From Candidatus Micrarchaeota archaeon (GTDB lineage Archaea; Micrarchaeota; Micrarchaeia; Anstonellales; Bilamarchaeaceae): a DNA stretch of 33,561 bases. The number at the start of each line of letters is the position of its first letter. The first letter of the stretch is position 1. A program made the position numbers and the translations under genes. Positions 18,608 to 28,211 of this stretch are shown piece after piece. The notes beneath the pieces were generated by a model, which saw only the letters and a program-made list of their open reading frames with translations, searched no databases and had not been told where the DNA came from. The stretch lies in the NCBI GenBank assembly GCA_038046805.1, contig JBBSVO010000002.1, positions 80,784 through 114,344 of the forward strand, in the 5' to 3' direction.

Positions 18608-21600
18608 ATGACTATGAACTATGTCCTGAGAAATCTAGCATTTGTGTTTTTGGGGATTTTGCTGTTAAGCAGCATGAGCTTTGCGATTTTGCGTATTGTG
18701 AATTATTCAACGGGTGGCGACAATGTTTCTGCCATGCGTTTGTGTAACAACTCAATTGCGCTTCCTGCGGGCGGATCAGCTGCGGCTCCTTGGGGCGGAC
18801 TTGGTACTCCCTATCAAAACCTTACCGCGGCAATTAATGCTGCATCTGCGGGGGACTACATTCTTATCTGCGGTAATGGCACAGGTGGAATCACGGCCGA
18901 GGCCCCATGGACAATAAACGTATCAGTTAACATTTTTGGTTATAACTGGACATCTGGAATTGGAACGGTGGGTGTAGGTCCGAATACAACAACAGTTCTC
19001 AAACCATTTAATAGTACTACTCCAATTTTCACGATAACCGCGAATGGGGTACATATATCAAACCTTACATTTTCAACGGTTACTGGTGCAGGCCCGGGTG
19101 TTGCGGCAATCGCATTTAACAATGCCTCTGCATGGGGGCTTTGGGTAAACTACAGCAACTTTACATTAAACGTTGCAGACGTATTATTTAGTGCGGGTGG
19201 TAACGACTCCAACCTTTCCGGTAACAACCACTTTGGCGGGGTTGGTTCAGGTGTGGTTATAACTGCTGCAATACGTAACGTTTCAATCTGGAACAGCAGC
19301 CTTACGGGTTATGGTACAGGCAACTATGCGCTGACCAATCCAGCTGCGGTATCTGGTATTTATGTTGCATCTGCCTCCAACGTTTCTGTTGCTGGTGTAT
19401 TTGTTAGCCAGTATGCGTATGGTCTTTATTCGGCATTTGCAAACAACCTTACAGTCAACAATCAAAATCAGTCGCCACTTAACTTTAACAGATTTTTCAA
19501 CAATACATACGGTATCTACCTCAACGGAACAGTTGGGGTTGCACCAACAGTGAGTGATACCTGGATTTACAACAGCTCAAATAACTCCACTGGTTTTGGT
19601 ATGTATGTGCTGAATTCAAACGGAAGCACATTTACGAACCTGACTATGTGGGACAATTATGATACTGCATTATATCTGGCGAACTCTTCCACAAACACGA
19701 TTGCAAACAGCAACTTCTCCAGCAAACAGTCGCATGGTTCGTTTGGTGCATATCTGGATTCAAACAGCCACAGCAATACGATAACCGGCGGAAGAATGAA
19801 CGAATCCTATGCTCGTGCGGCTATTGCAATATATGGTAATTCAAACTCAGTTACTTTGGGCCTATTAAACGGAACAAACAGCAACGGGCAGGGCATTATA
19901 ATCGGTAGCGGTTCAGCAAACGCGGTGCGAAACACATCTGTAACAGATATGCCGATTGGTGTGAACGTGACAACTGCATCATCAACAACAGTTGGTGGCG
20001 TGAATGCATCATATACTACAAATGCATTCTTCATAGACCAATCGAACTCAACCAATCTGCTCAACAGCTTTGCAGACAGAGGAAACGGAACCGGTGTTAC
20101 ACTCTCTAATACGAATACGGGTGGAAACATCAACAACGTTACTGTGAACGAAACTGCGGTTACAGCGTCTACTGGGGCGTTATATCTGGTGTTTGCGAAC
20201 AACACGGTAATAAGTTCCCCAACAATATACGGTATATCTACCCACAGTACATATTATATCCTTTTATCCAGGGTTAACAATGTAAACGTTACAAATGCGA
20301 ACTTGACCGAAAGTGGGAGTGTGCCAAACCAGACTGGTTTGTTTGTTAGCACTACTACAAGCAACGTGAACGTCACGAACCTCAAAACATGGGGTTTCTG
20401 GAACCAGACCACTGGTTTAGTAGCCTATGCGGTTGATTTTGCAGGTGGAACGGGTCACTCAATAAGAGACAGCCTGATGAACAACAGTAGTACGGCGTTG
20501 GCAATCTTTGCGAACGTAACTGTAGACAATAACACGCTGTTCAACTGCGGATGGGCAAATAACTTCGCGGCAGCATGTCTTGTGCTTGGTGGAAACGGAA
20601 ACACCGCGTCAAGCTCGCCAGTCCGAAGCAATATAATAACAAACGCAACCTATTATTCCGTGAGTGTCTATAATACTAGTTCAACTCCGGGTGCATTCAG
20701 TACATTTGCAAGCAATACAATAACAAACGGTACCTATGGTATCTTCCTGAATAACTCTAACCTGACATTCTCAGCAGGAAACACCATACAATCGTTACTT
20801 GCAACTGGATTTGATATCTACAGTGTAAGTGGTGGTTACATCTCCACCTTAGTTGGCTCCACATTCTACAACGTGTCAAGCAACTATTCTCTACAGCCAA
20901 GCGGAGGAGTAATTCACATGCCATATGCGTTAGGTCCGTCTGTAAACTTTGCAGTCAGGCCATTCAACGTGTCCAACGTTAGCGCGATTCCAGGTGCTCC
21001 AGGAAACTGGACTCTTCTGCCAAACATAACTTATTCGGCAGGAAATGTAATTTCCGGTCTTGCAAATAATGCATGGACACTTGCAAAGGCAATGAAGTTC
21101 GTTACCAGCAGCGCAGACTACTATGGTCTTAACATAACTACAACTGTGGGAACGGCATCTTTCTCCCCGGTAATGTACTTCAATGAAACAGATCTCGGAG
21201 CTGACTATCCAGCAAATAAGATTAGCATGGGTTCATGGAACCTTACAAGGTGGTCCTGGCATGACAGAAGCTCATACGACTTAACGTATGATTATGTCTA
21301 CCAGACTGGAATGTCTGAACCGGGTTATTTCTACCCGTTCGTGTATGTTCCAACGACTGCGGCAGCTGCAAATCAAGGTGGATTAACCCAGGCAAATACC
21401 GTGCCTTCAATATCTACCAAGCAGAACTGTCCTGACGACACATTAACAGTGACGGTTTCAAAATCCGGCGGAGTGGCATCAGGCGCAACTGTTAAGTTGT
21501 ACCGCGAAAGCCCATACCTTGGATTGCTTGAAACAAAGTCATCTGATTCGGATGGAAAGGCAACCTTTGCAACAAAAGGAACAGGTATCTATTCGGTTGA

Positions 21601-22024
21601 AGTGACTGGAAGCGGATACACGACAACAACTTCGTCTGTGTCCTACACTGCATGTACTGCGGAATCCGCGGCTACAACAACAGTGCCAACAATCCCGACA
21701 CCAGAAGCAGCACCTGAAGTAACTTCAACTCCAGCCCCATCTACTGCTCCGGCAGGAACTGGTGCTGGCACAGGAACACCTGCAGGTGAAAGTGCAACAC
21801 CATCCGAGCAACCAGCTCCTTCAAAGGAAACTGGCGCAGCTGGAACAGGAAAGGCACCTGAAGTTCCTTCACAGCTTCCAACAGCAGCTGCTGGAGCAAC
21901 TGGCGGAAACATGGGTACAATCCTGTTGGTCGTGGTTGTGATAGTGGTGGTTGCAATCGGCATCTACTTCTTCACAAAGAAGGGTGGAAGCAGCAAAGGT
22001 ATCTACAAAGGGTTTAAGAGGTAA
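18608..22024 (+). CDS. Large secreted, C-terminally membrane-anchored surface glycoprotein with parallel beta-helix repeats
   Basis: Signal peptide; PYQNLTAAINAASAGDYILI beta-helix start; repeated NNxYGIYL/GIFL motifs; many N-x-S/T sequons; Thr/Pro/Ala linker, TM helix, Lys-rich tail. Confidence 0.85.
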   Translation: MTMNYVLRNLAFVFLGILLLSSMSFAILRIVNYSTGGDNVSAMRLCNNSIALPAGGSAAAPWGGLGTPYQNLTAAINAASAGDYILICGNGTGGITAEAPWTINVSVNIFGYNWTSGIGTVGVGPNTTTVLKPFNSTTPIFTITANGVHISNLTFSTVTGAGPGVAAIAFNNASAWGLWVNYSNFTLNVADVLFSAGGNDSNLSGNNHFGGVGSGVVITAAIRNVSIWNSSLTGYGTGNYALTNPAAVSGIYVASASNVSVAGVFVSQYAYGLYSAFANNLTVNNQNQSPLNFNRFFNNTYGIYLNGTVGVAPTVSDTWIYNSSNNSTGFGMYVLNSNGSTFTNLTMWDNYDTALYLANSSTNTIANSNFSSKQSHGSFGAYLDSNSHSNTITGGRMNESYARAAIAIYGNSNSVTLGLLNGTNSNGQGIIIGSGSANAVRNTSVTDMPIGVNVTTASSTTVGGVNASYTTNAFFIDQSNSTNLLNSFADRGNGTGVTLSNTNTGGNINNVTVNETAVTASTGALYLVFANNTVISSPTIYGISTHSTYYILLSRVNNVNVTNANLTESGSVPNQTGLFVSTTTSNVNVTNLKTWGFWNQTTGLVAYAVDFAGGTGHSIRDSLMNNSSTALAIFANVTVDNNTLFNCGWANNFAAACLVLGGNGNTASSSPVRSNIITNATYYSVSVYNTSSTPGAFSTFASNTITNGTYGIFLNNSNLTFSAGNTIQSLLATGFDIYSVSGGYISTLVGSTFYNVSSNYSLQPSGGVIHMPYALGPSVNFAVRPFNVSNVSAIPGAPGNWTLLPNITYSAGNVISGLANNAWTLAKAMKFVTSSADYYGLNITTTVGTASFSPVMYFNETDLGADYPANKISMGSWNLTRWSWHDRSSYDLTYDYVYQTGMSEPGYFYPFVYVPTTAAAANQGGLTQANTVPSISTKQNCPDDTLTVTVSKSGGVASGATVKLYRESPYLGLLETKSSDSDGKATFATKGTGIYSVEVTGSGYTTTTSSVSYTACTAESAATTTVPTIPTPEAAPEVTSTPAPSTAPAGTGAGTGTPAGESATPSEQPAPSKETGAAGTGKAPEVPSQLPTAAAGATGGNMGTILLVVVVIVVVAIGIYFFTKKGGSSKGIYKGFKR

Positions 22025-22080
22025 TTCTAAACCCTTTCTTTCTTTATTTTTTTGGTTTTTCAATACGAACGAATTAAGAA

Positions 22081-22120
22081 GTGGGGGATATTTCTCCCCA
22101 TCTCTTTCTTTTATTTTTGT
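22081..22120 (+). terminator. Putative terminator (hairpin followed by T-rich tract) downstream of the surface protein gene
   Basis: GTGGGGGA-TATT-TCTCCCCAT followed by CTCTTTCTTTTATTTTTG. Confidence 0.45.
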
Positions 22121-22204
22121 ATTGGAATTTCTAAATTCCAATGCTGAAAAATTTTAACAAAAATTTTTCATCTAAAGAACGACGTTAGGAAGCCGGGGAA
22201 GTAA

Positions 22205-22249
22205 GTGGGTCAATCCTCTATGAGTTGGATATTTTGGAGGATTACCCAC
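22205..22249 (+). other. Intergenic hairpin with a single bulged base
   Basis: GTGGGT-C-AATCCTC ... GAGGATT-ACCCAC; extendable by G-U pairs on the + strand. Confidence 0.55.
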
Positions 22250-22287
22250 ACTGTTTTTATTATCTTCGCCTTTTGATTATTTTATGT

Positions 22288-22329
22288 AATGGCCAGAAGC
22301 CAGTAGCTAGTAGCTAGGAGCCAATGGCA
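22288..22329. repeat. Degenerate heptamer tandem repeat (ANNRGCY family)
   Basis: AATGGCC AGAAGCC AGTAGCT AGTAGCT AGGAGCC AATGGCA; related units at 22654-22674. Confidence 0.7.
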
Positions 22330-22343
22330 ATAAGGTGAAAAAC

Positions 22344-22658
22344 ATGCCCAAACACGTTTACGAATGTGAAACCTCAAAAAAAGTGGATTTGATGAAGGTA
22401 ATCGAGGCTGATCCTTACGCAACAGACAGCTTTGCACGAGTTTCCCATAAGGTCAAGGAAGGCCAGCTTATAGGCCATGATACCCAAAAAGTTTATCTTT
22501 ACATCTCTGCTTCGGACGAATTCCTGAAAAAGGCAGCGGAAAAACTAAAAGAATTCGCAGTGCGGTGCAAAAAAGAAACCGAAGACGATATTATCGCAAA
22601 GGTTGATGCAGAGGATTCAAATGCAGAGACTGGGTTCGGAAGCATATTTGGCGAATAG
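22344..22658 (+). CDS. Hypothetical protein
   Basis: GGTGA before the ATG; globular composition; C-terminus AETGFGSIFGE. Confidence 0.7.
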   Translation: MPKHVYECETSKKVDLMKVIEADPYATDSFARVSHKVKEGQLIGHDTQKVYLYISASDEFLKKAAEKLKEFAVRCKKETEDDIIAKVDAEDSNAETGFGSIFGE

Positions 22659-22706
22659 CCAGAAGCCAACGGCTAACTATTTAAACAATACCGCAGAATA
22701 GCGAGC

Positions 22707-23267
22707 ATGGAAGAAGATACATCGCCCTCCCAGTCTGTGGCATCTGACAAGGAAATTAGAGAGAAACCTTCTATAGCCTCACGCGGCATTCCATCTTCTG
22801 AATCCCTTTATTTCCCCCCGCATGGTAGCGAAGAGCTTCGCTCGTTTCAGGATAAAGAAGAAAATCCAACCAGAAACCTCTGGGATATCGAGGAGGTAAT
22901 TAATTTTGTATTTCCAAAAAAATATCAGAAAAAATATCATGAAACCGCGGTTTCGTTCCTTGTTTTGCTTGCGGAAAAGCTCCAGCTATCTGGCAATGAA
23001 ACCGCTTCTTTCATCTCATCCAGCGGCATTTCAAAGGCAACGTTCTACAATCGCGTTCTTCCGCGTCTGAGGCGGGTTGGAATGATAAAAATAGAGCGGG
23101 ATACCGTAATCGCAATGGAAAGCAAAAGGAAATTCAGGCCAATGCGCATAAGCCTGAGCAAAACGTTTGGAAATTACATGATGAAGATAGGGGATTCATG
23201 GCTTGCCGTAGTGGACGACTCGCGCTCCAGAAAAAAAGATTCGCAACAGGTCAAGCTGTCGGAATAA
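22707..23267 (+). CDS. Hypothetical protein with probable winged-helix domain
   Basis: SGISKATFYNRVLPRLRRVGMIKIER HTH-wing-like segment. Confidence 0.65.
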   Translation: MEEDTSPSQSVASDKEIREKPSIASRGIPSSESLYFPPHGSEELRSFQDKEENPTRNLWDIEEVINFVFPKKYQKKYHETAVSFLVLLAEKLQLSGNETASFISSSGISKATFYNRVLPRLRRVGMIKIERDTVIAMESKRKFRPMRISLSKTFGNYMMKIGDSWLAVVDDSRSRKKDSQQVKLSE

Positions 23268-23298
23268 ATATAATGCGGGTCCGCATTCTGTATTTTAT

Positions 23299-23589
23299 CT
23301 ATTCCGAAGTTCCAAACGGGCCAATTATCTTTTCCCTTGCCGCATGTGCAATAGCTTGGTTTATGGTCCCATCTGCAAGCATACCATCTACGGCCCCAAC
23401 CAGTTCCTTTTTTGCCAAAGATACCATCGTGGGGGTAGCGGTTCTTTTCTCTTCATTTACCATATAATACACAGAAAGCCCGATAAAAGTCGCTTCCCCG
23501 TTTCGGAATGGGTTTGTGCGAATCTTTATGTCAATCCCCATAGGGATTACGGCTTCAATCGGAACCGTGTATGTTTTCTTCTCAAACAT
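23299..23589 (-). CDS. Hypothetical protein
   Basis: ATG start 7 nt after the upstream stop; fills the gap in a minus-strand run. Confidence 0.5.
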   Translation of the reverse strand: MFEKKTYTVPIEAVIPMGIDIKIRTNPFRNGEATFIGLSVYYMVNEEKRTATPTMVSLAKKELVGAVDGMLADGTINQAIAHAAREKIIGPFGTSE

Positions 23590-23596
23590 GGCTTAT

Positions 23597-23917
23597 CTAC
23601 CTTTGTGGTCCGCCTTCAGTAGCCTTTGGACCCTTCTCTGCTTCTTTTGCTTTTGCCATTTCTAGGGTTACTTTGGCTGCATCTTTTTCAAGTTGCCTCA
23701 TTAATAGTGCTGTACTTCCAGATGGGATTTGGCTATTTGATTCCACGTTTCCCAACGCCGTTTTAATATTTCCACGTAACATCCCAAACATTTCAGTATC
23801 CACTGAAGTTGGACCAGTCATCTTTGCTGTTGTCCCATCTTTAGCAATCTCTAGATTAAAACCCATTTCCTTTAGAATACCAACAGTTATTGTTTTTTCC
23901 CCAGCCATTAACATCAC
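23597..23917 (-). CDS. Hypothetical protein
   Basis: GGGGTGA ribosome-binding site, tightly packed behind the coiled-coil gene. Confidence 0.55.
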   Translation of the reverse strand: MMLMAGEKTITVGILKEMGFNLEIAKDGTTAKMTGPTSVDTEMFGMLRGNIKTALGNVESNSQIPSGSTALLMRQLEKDAAKVTLEMAKAKEAEKGPKATEGGPQR

Positions 23918-23921
23918 CCCA

Positions 23922-25835
23922 TCATTTTTTCTTCCCCTTCCTCTTCTTCCTGACTCTCTCCAAATCCTCTTTTAATCTTTCCTTTTCCTTCCCTTTTTCC
24001 TCAACAAGAGATGCAACCTTTCTTGTTGCAGATTTTCTTTCGCTTACCGCAGTGCGGAAATCCATTCCACCCTGCGTTTCTGTGTGCATTTTTTTGATTA
24101 TCATCTGGCTTTCCTCAATCAATCCTGCCAGTCGTTTCTTTGCATCTTCTATCTGGTGTTCGATATTCTTTTCTTCCAGTGCCGCACCTTCCATTTCATG
24201 CTCGTATGTTCTGGTTAATCCCTCAAGCTCGCGCAGGTATTTTTTGATGTACTCTTCTTCTGCACCTTTCCTCAATCGTTCCATTTCCTCTTCGCTTCTG
24301 TCAACGTAATTTTCAATCTCTTCTATCTTTCTCTCGTAATCGCCAACATATTCTGAAACCCATTGCTCAAGCTTTTTCACTTCTTCAAATTCAGAATTCA
24401 ATTCCTCAAGCTGTTTCTCTCTTCTGTCAATAGCTACGCGTAAGTGGTCCATACTATCCGTTATATCCACCTTTCTTTCAGTAGCCTCCTCAAGCAATGC
24501 AAGTGTGTCATCCATCTGCGCCCTAAGCTCGCTTATATGGGCTTCGGTAGTTTTCAACGTCTCGGTGAGCTTCTGGTGCTGGGAATCCATCTTCCTGTTT
24601 GTTGCCTCAAGCGCGCTCATTCGTTCGGTTTCTTTTGCAATTCCGCTTTTCACATCTGTTATCCTTTCCTGGATATTTTCCTCTGCGTTTTCAATCTCCT
24701 TCTGGAATGCCGAAACCTTTTTTCGCACTCTTTCCAGTGTTGACTTTCCTTCATTACCTATTTTTTCTGCAGTGCTTTGCAGTTTTTCTATTTCCGCAAT
24801 CCGGTCAGGCAATTCCAATGCCTTTTCCTTAAGTTCCAGGATTTTTCCCTCTTTTTCAAGTATTCTTTCAGTAATAGAAACGATATCTGCTTCCATTTTG
24901 CTTTCAAGCTTCATATATTTATCGCGGTAAACCTTGTCTTTTCTTTTCTTCAATCGTTCAATTTCTTCCTTTTGGGTTTGTATCTCATCCAGATATTCGC
25001 TTATCTTTTCCCGGAGCGGGGCTTCCATAACAGGGTGTGGCGCTTCACTTCGGGCGGAAAGTTTTGAGTTTGATTGGTCTCGCGTTTCGCGTTTCGGACC
25101 ACGAATCTCATGTCTCTGATTTCGCGTTTCGGATTCCGAATCCAGTTTTTTTATCTTCGGACCGGCCTTTGCTTCCTTTTCTTCTTCCTTCGCACCGCCG
25201 AAATATTCTCCGAATTCCTCTGCCTTCTTATTCCTTTCAATCTCTTCCTCAAACCATTCGTTTTCCCGTTCTTCTTTGGTTACCTGTACATCAATGGTTC
25301 CTTCTTTTTCCATTTCACCTTCATCAGTAAGTGATTCGAGAACGTCGTGTTTTGCTTTTTCTTCAACATCCTTTTCTTCTTCACCCTCAATCTTTTCATC
25401 AAATACGCGAAGGCCTTCCTCAACCTTTTTTACTTCCTCTTCTTCTTCCTTGTCCAATGGCTCAAAAGGAGTGGATGTTTTTGGAAGTGCTTCTTCGAAC
25501 GGAGTACTCTTTTCCAGCGGCCCTTCGTATTCTTTCTTTTCTGTGGGTCTTATTTCTCGTGGAATTTCAGCTGGTGAACCTGGTTCTTCAGCTTCTACTT
25601 CCTCACCAATCCATACGACGTATGTTTTGGTTAGCTTGTATTCTATCTTGACATATCCTTCTTCTTCAAGAACATGAACCCATTTTTCTATATTTTTGTG
25701 CGGAATCCTGGTTTCTTTTTCCAGCACACCTAATTCTATTGTTTTTTTTGTAGAAATAGCCTTGATCAATTTGTCAACATCTGTGCTTATAAGCGCGTCA
25801 TCAACTTCAATTCTTTCATGCACCAACGCCTTCAC
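23922..25835 (-). CDS. Long coiled-coil protein with N-terminal winged-helix-like domain and acidic linker
   Basis: TDVDKLIKAI...IEKWVHVLEEEGYVKIEYKL N-domain; roughly 350 aa E/K-rich coiled coil; no Walker motif; start codon uncertain (25835 or 25823). Confidence 0.75.
   Translation of the reverse strand: MKALVHERIEVDDALISTDVDKLIKAISTKKTIELGVLEKETRIPHKNIEKWVHVLEEEGYVKIEYKLTKTYVVWIGEEVEAEEPGSPAEIPREIRPTEKKEYEGPLEKSTPFEEALPKTSTPFEPLDKEEEEEVKKVEEGLRVFDEKIEGEEEKDVEEKAKHDVLESLTDEGEMEKEGTIDVQVTKEERENEWFEEEIERNKKAEEFGEYFGGAKEEEKEAKAGPKIKKLDSESETRNQRHEIRGPKRETRDQSNSKLSARSEAPHPVMEAPLREKISEYLDEIQTQKEEIERLKKRKDKVYRDKYMKLESKMEADIVSITERILEKEGKILELKEKALELPDRIAEIEKLQSTAEKIGNEGKSTLERVRKKVSAFQKEIENAEENIQERITDVKSGIAKETERMSALEATNRKMDSQHQKLTETLKTTEAHISELRAQMDDTLALLEEATERKVDITDSMDHLRVAIDRREKQLEELNSEFEEVKKLEQWVSEYVGDYERKIEEIENYVDRSEEEMERLRKGAEEEYIKKYLRELEGLTRTYEHEMEGAALEEKNIEHQIEDAKKRLAGLIEESQMIIKKMHTETQGGMDFRTAVSERKSATRKVASLVEEKGKEKERLKEDLERVRKKRKGKKK
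25077..25139. repeat. Nine degenerate heptamers (63 bp) inside the coiled-coil CDS
   Basis: GTCTCGC GTTTCGC GTTTCGG ACCACGA ATCTCAT GTCTCTG ATTTCGC GTTTCGG ATTCCGA. Confidence 0.7.
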
Positions 25836-26355
25836 CCTTTATCCTGGTTTTTATTTTGAAACTTCCAGATAGTTTTTTTCTTGCTTTTATGAATGCTGCC
25901 TTTGCCTGGTTTGCATTCGCATCTACAGTATAAATCGTGAAAACCGGCTGGCCTTTATTTACCCGGGCTGCCCTGTCAACAGGCCTTCCGAACGACTGCC
26001 TCATTCCTTTCTGAAGACGGTCTGCTCCTGCGCCTGAAATCATTTTGTTTTCCCTTGTAACATGGTGCGGGTATACTCTCACGATGAAATAATATGCCAT
26101 AGGAGTGTTCTTTTCCATGTGCTTGTTCGCAGTCTGCCTTGCGCTTTCAATTGCATTATCGCGCAGAATAATGTCTCCTTGACATACTAAGTCGAATTCC
26201 GCAGTGTATTCTGGCTTCATTGCGCCCATCCTGAATACGTTCAGGTCCTTGTGCGGCATTGCCTTTATGTATGATCGTCTTGGCTTTGTCTTTGAAAACC
26301 TGGTCCATGCTACCTTGTCCATGTCGCGAATTGATCTTCCCGGTCTGATACCCAT
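25816..26355 (-). CDS. rpl10e: 50S ribosomal protein uL16 (L10e)
   Basis: MGIRPGR, RDNAIESAR, RVYPHHVTRENKMISGAGADRLQKGMRQSFGRP. Confidence 0.96.
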   Translation of the reverse strand: MGIRPGRSIRDMDKVAWTRFSKTKPRRSYIKAMPHKDLNVFRMGAMKPEYTAEFDLVCQGDIILRDNAIESARQTANKHMEKNTPMAYYFIVRVYPHHVTRENKMISGAGADRLQKGMRQSFGRPVDRAARVNKGQPVFTIYTVDANANQAKAAFIKARKKLSGSFKIKTRIKGEGVGA

Positions 26356-26474
26356 GTCATTCCCTCTTTTTTCCTCTTTTTGAAGAATTACTCTACGTGC
26401 AATTAGTGTAATATTTATGTTGTGATAGGTTTAAAAATAACGGCTTAGGGGGCTATTTGGTTGTCTTTGGTTTG

Positions 26475-28037
26475 TTAGTCTCCTGGTAGGTTTCCGAGTT
26501 CTTTCAACATGAAATTCTTCAGGAAGTATGCAGTGTCCTGTGTTAATGCTCTTACGTATCCGGCTTCCTGTGCTGCGGCCATGTCCCTGTATTCTATTTC
26601 CCTCCCGTTTGGTCTTTCCACTCTTCTTCTGGCAATCAGAAGTTTACCCTCATGCGTCTCTGTGAAAACCCTTGCTTCCATTCGTGCGGAACCATCTACA
26701 ACCCATCGAATAATTTCGTCAGATATTGGTTTTCTGCCCAAGGCGATAAGCGCGTTTTGCGTTGCGGCATCAAAGACAAATCTGGTATACCCCATTCCGT
26801 TTGGGTCTCCCCCGCAAACGTATGTATCATCTGTTCCGAATTCCGGGTGCGGATTTCCTGTGGAAGTTGTCTTATGGTCGTCCCCGTCAAAGCTGCTTTT
26901 TCCGTATTCTCTTCCAAGCGCCATCGCTACGTTGTGCGAGGTTATCTTGTCTCCAAGTCCATGTGCTGCAAGAAGATCCAAAAGTCTGGCATTAAGCTCT
27001 GGGCTTTTCAACGGAACTTCTCCTTCGTTTAGAGTAGAATTCGGTCCTGCAATAAAATGCGCCTCGCGTAAGATTTTATCAACCGTGTCCCAACCTATTA
27101 CACCTTTGTCTATTGCGCTTACCAATCCAATCGCGGGTATAGGGAGCGTTGGCGAGTTGTAATTAAGCGGATGCGCTATTCCAAATACTGCAAGTTTTCT
27201 TTTTACCAATTCCCTTATTTTCACGAGCATTTTGTCCAGCGTCATTCCAAGGAATAATGAGATCATATGCAGTTCCGGGTCGCGCTTTCTCAAAATCATC
27301 ATATCCGCTGCTTTTATCGCGGTTTCATTTGCAAGCAAAAGCAGAATGTGTGGGCCGTTTGGATTATGGTCTTCAAGTGGTGCCGTGATTTCAGTTGCTG
27401 GAATGCAGACAATTCCGAGTTCTTCGCATATTATCCGCGTCATCTGGTATGTGCCAAGGTCGATGTTGTTATGCGGAGTCATTGCAAGGACGTCTGTGTG
27501 ATATAAAACTGCTTTTCTGATTATATCCGAGAGCATTGATTCTCCATCATCCAGTGCATGCACGAGATGCGGAACCCCGTTCATATCCAGTTCCGCTCTT
27601 CCTGTGTATCCGTGGTGAAGATGAATCTGGCCGCGATATTCTTTTTCATCTTTTTTTAACGAGAGTGCCATTGCCTCCCCGATAACTGCCTCTGCACCTC
27701 TTTCCGGGTCTCCTTCGTGATAATCCCTTCGGATTAAGAATTCGTTTCGTTCAAGTTTTTCCGCACCATCGCTTTGGTCAGGGTTTGATAAAAGAATAAT
27801 TACCCTGTCTTCGGAAATAACTTTTGCGAATACGAAAAAATTCGATTTTCCGGACGTTGTGCCGCTTCTTGTGAAAATCGTTTCTCCGCTTTCTATTATA
27901 CCAGACGCCCGTCCTTGCGGAAGAAAGCCGGAATCCCTTAATTTGCCATCCACTCGTTCCTTGGTTACTGCTGAAAATCCGCGCTGTTCCATTCCGGTTC
28001 CGAGTCTTTCCATGAACTTAACAGCAAACGTGCCCAT
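26475..28037 (-). CDS. PHP-family metal-dependent phosphoesterase-like protein with N-terminal extension
   Basis: PHP motifs in order: QIHLHH, LAMTPHN, IPATEIT, HILLL, GIAHP, DGDDH. Confidence 0.7.
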   Translation of the reverse strand: MGTFAVKFMERLGTGMEQRGFSAVTKERVDGKLRDSGFLPQGRASGIIESGETIFTRSGTTSGKSNFFVFAKVISEDRVIILLSNPDQSDGAEKLERNEFLIRRDYHEGDPERGAEAVIGEAMALSLKKDEKEYRGQIHLHHGYTGRAELDMNGVPHLVHALDDGESMLSDIIRKAVLYHTDVLAMTPHNNIDLGTYQMTRIICEELGIVCIPATEITAPLEDHNPNGPHILLLLANETAIKAADMMILRKRDPELHMISLFLGMTLDKMLVKIRELVKRKLAVFGIAHPLNYNSPTLPIPAIGLVSAIDKGVIGWDTVDKILREAHFIAGPNSTLNEGEVPLKSPELNARLLDLLAAHGLGDKITSHNVAMALGREYGKSSFDGDDHKTTSTGNPHPEFGTDDTYVCGGDPNGMGYTRFVFDAATQNALIALGRKPISDEIIRWVVDGSARMEARVFTETHEGKLLIARRRVERPNGREIEYRDMAAAQEAGYVRALTQDTAYFLKNFMLKELGNLPGD

Positions 28038-28092
28038 GGTTAATATTAGTGGGTAGGAAAAGGATAAAAAACAGTGGGGTTAGTGGCGGATT

Positions 28093-28129
28093 GCCTTGGG
28101 CTGTGAGCCTTGAGCCGTGGGCTTTGGGC
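28093..28129. repeat. Degenerate heptamer tandem repeat
   Basis: GCCTTGG GCTGTGA GCCTTGA GCCGTGG GCTTTGG. Confidence 0.7.
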
Positions 28130-28211
28130 AGACGCTACGTTCGTGCGGAACACAAAATAAAACTAATCAAAATCAGAAACACTCAACGCGAAACCGCAAG
28201 ACAAGACGCAA

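Noticed and set aside
23922..25835. SMC/Rad50 ATPase
   Set aside because: No Walker A/B, signature motif, hinge or zinc hook.
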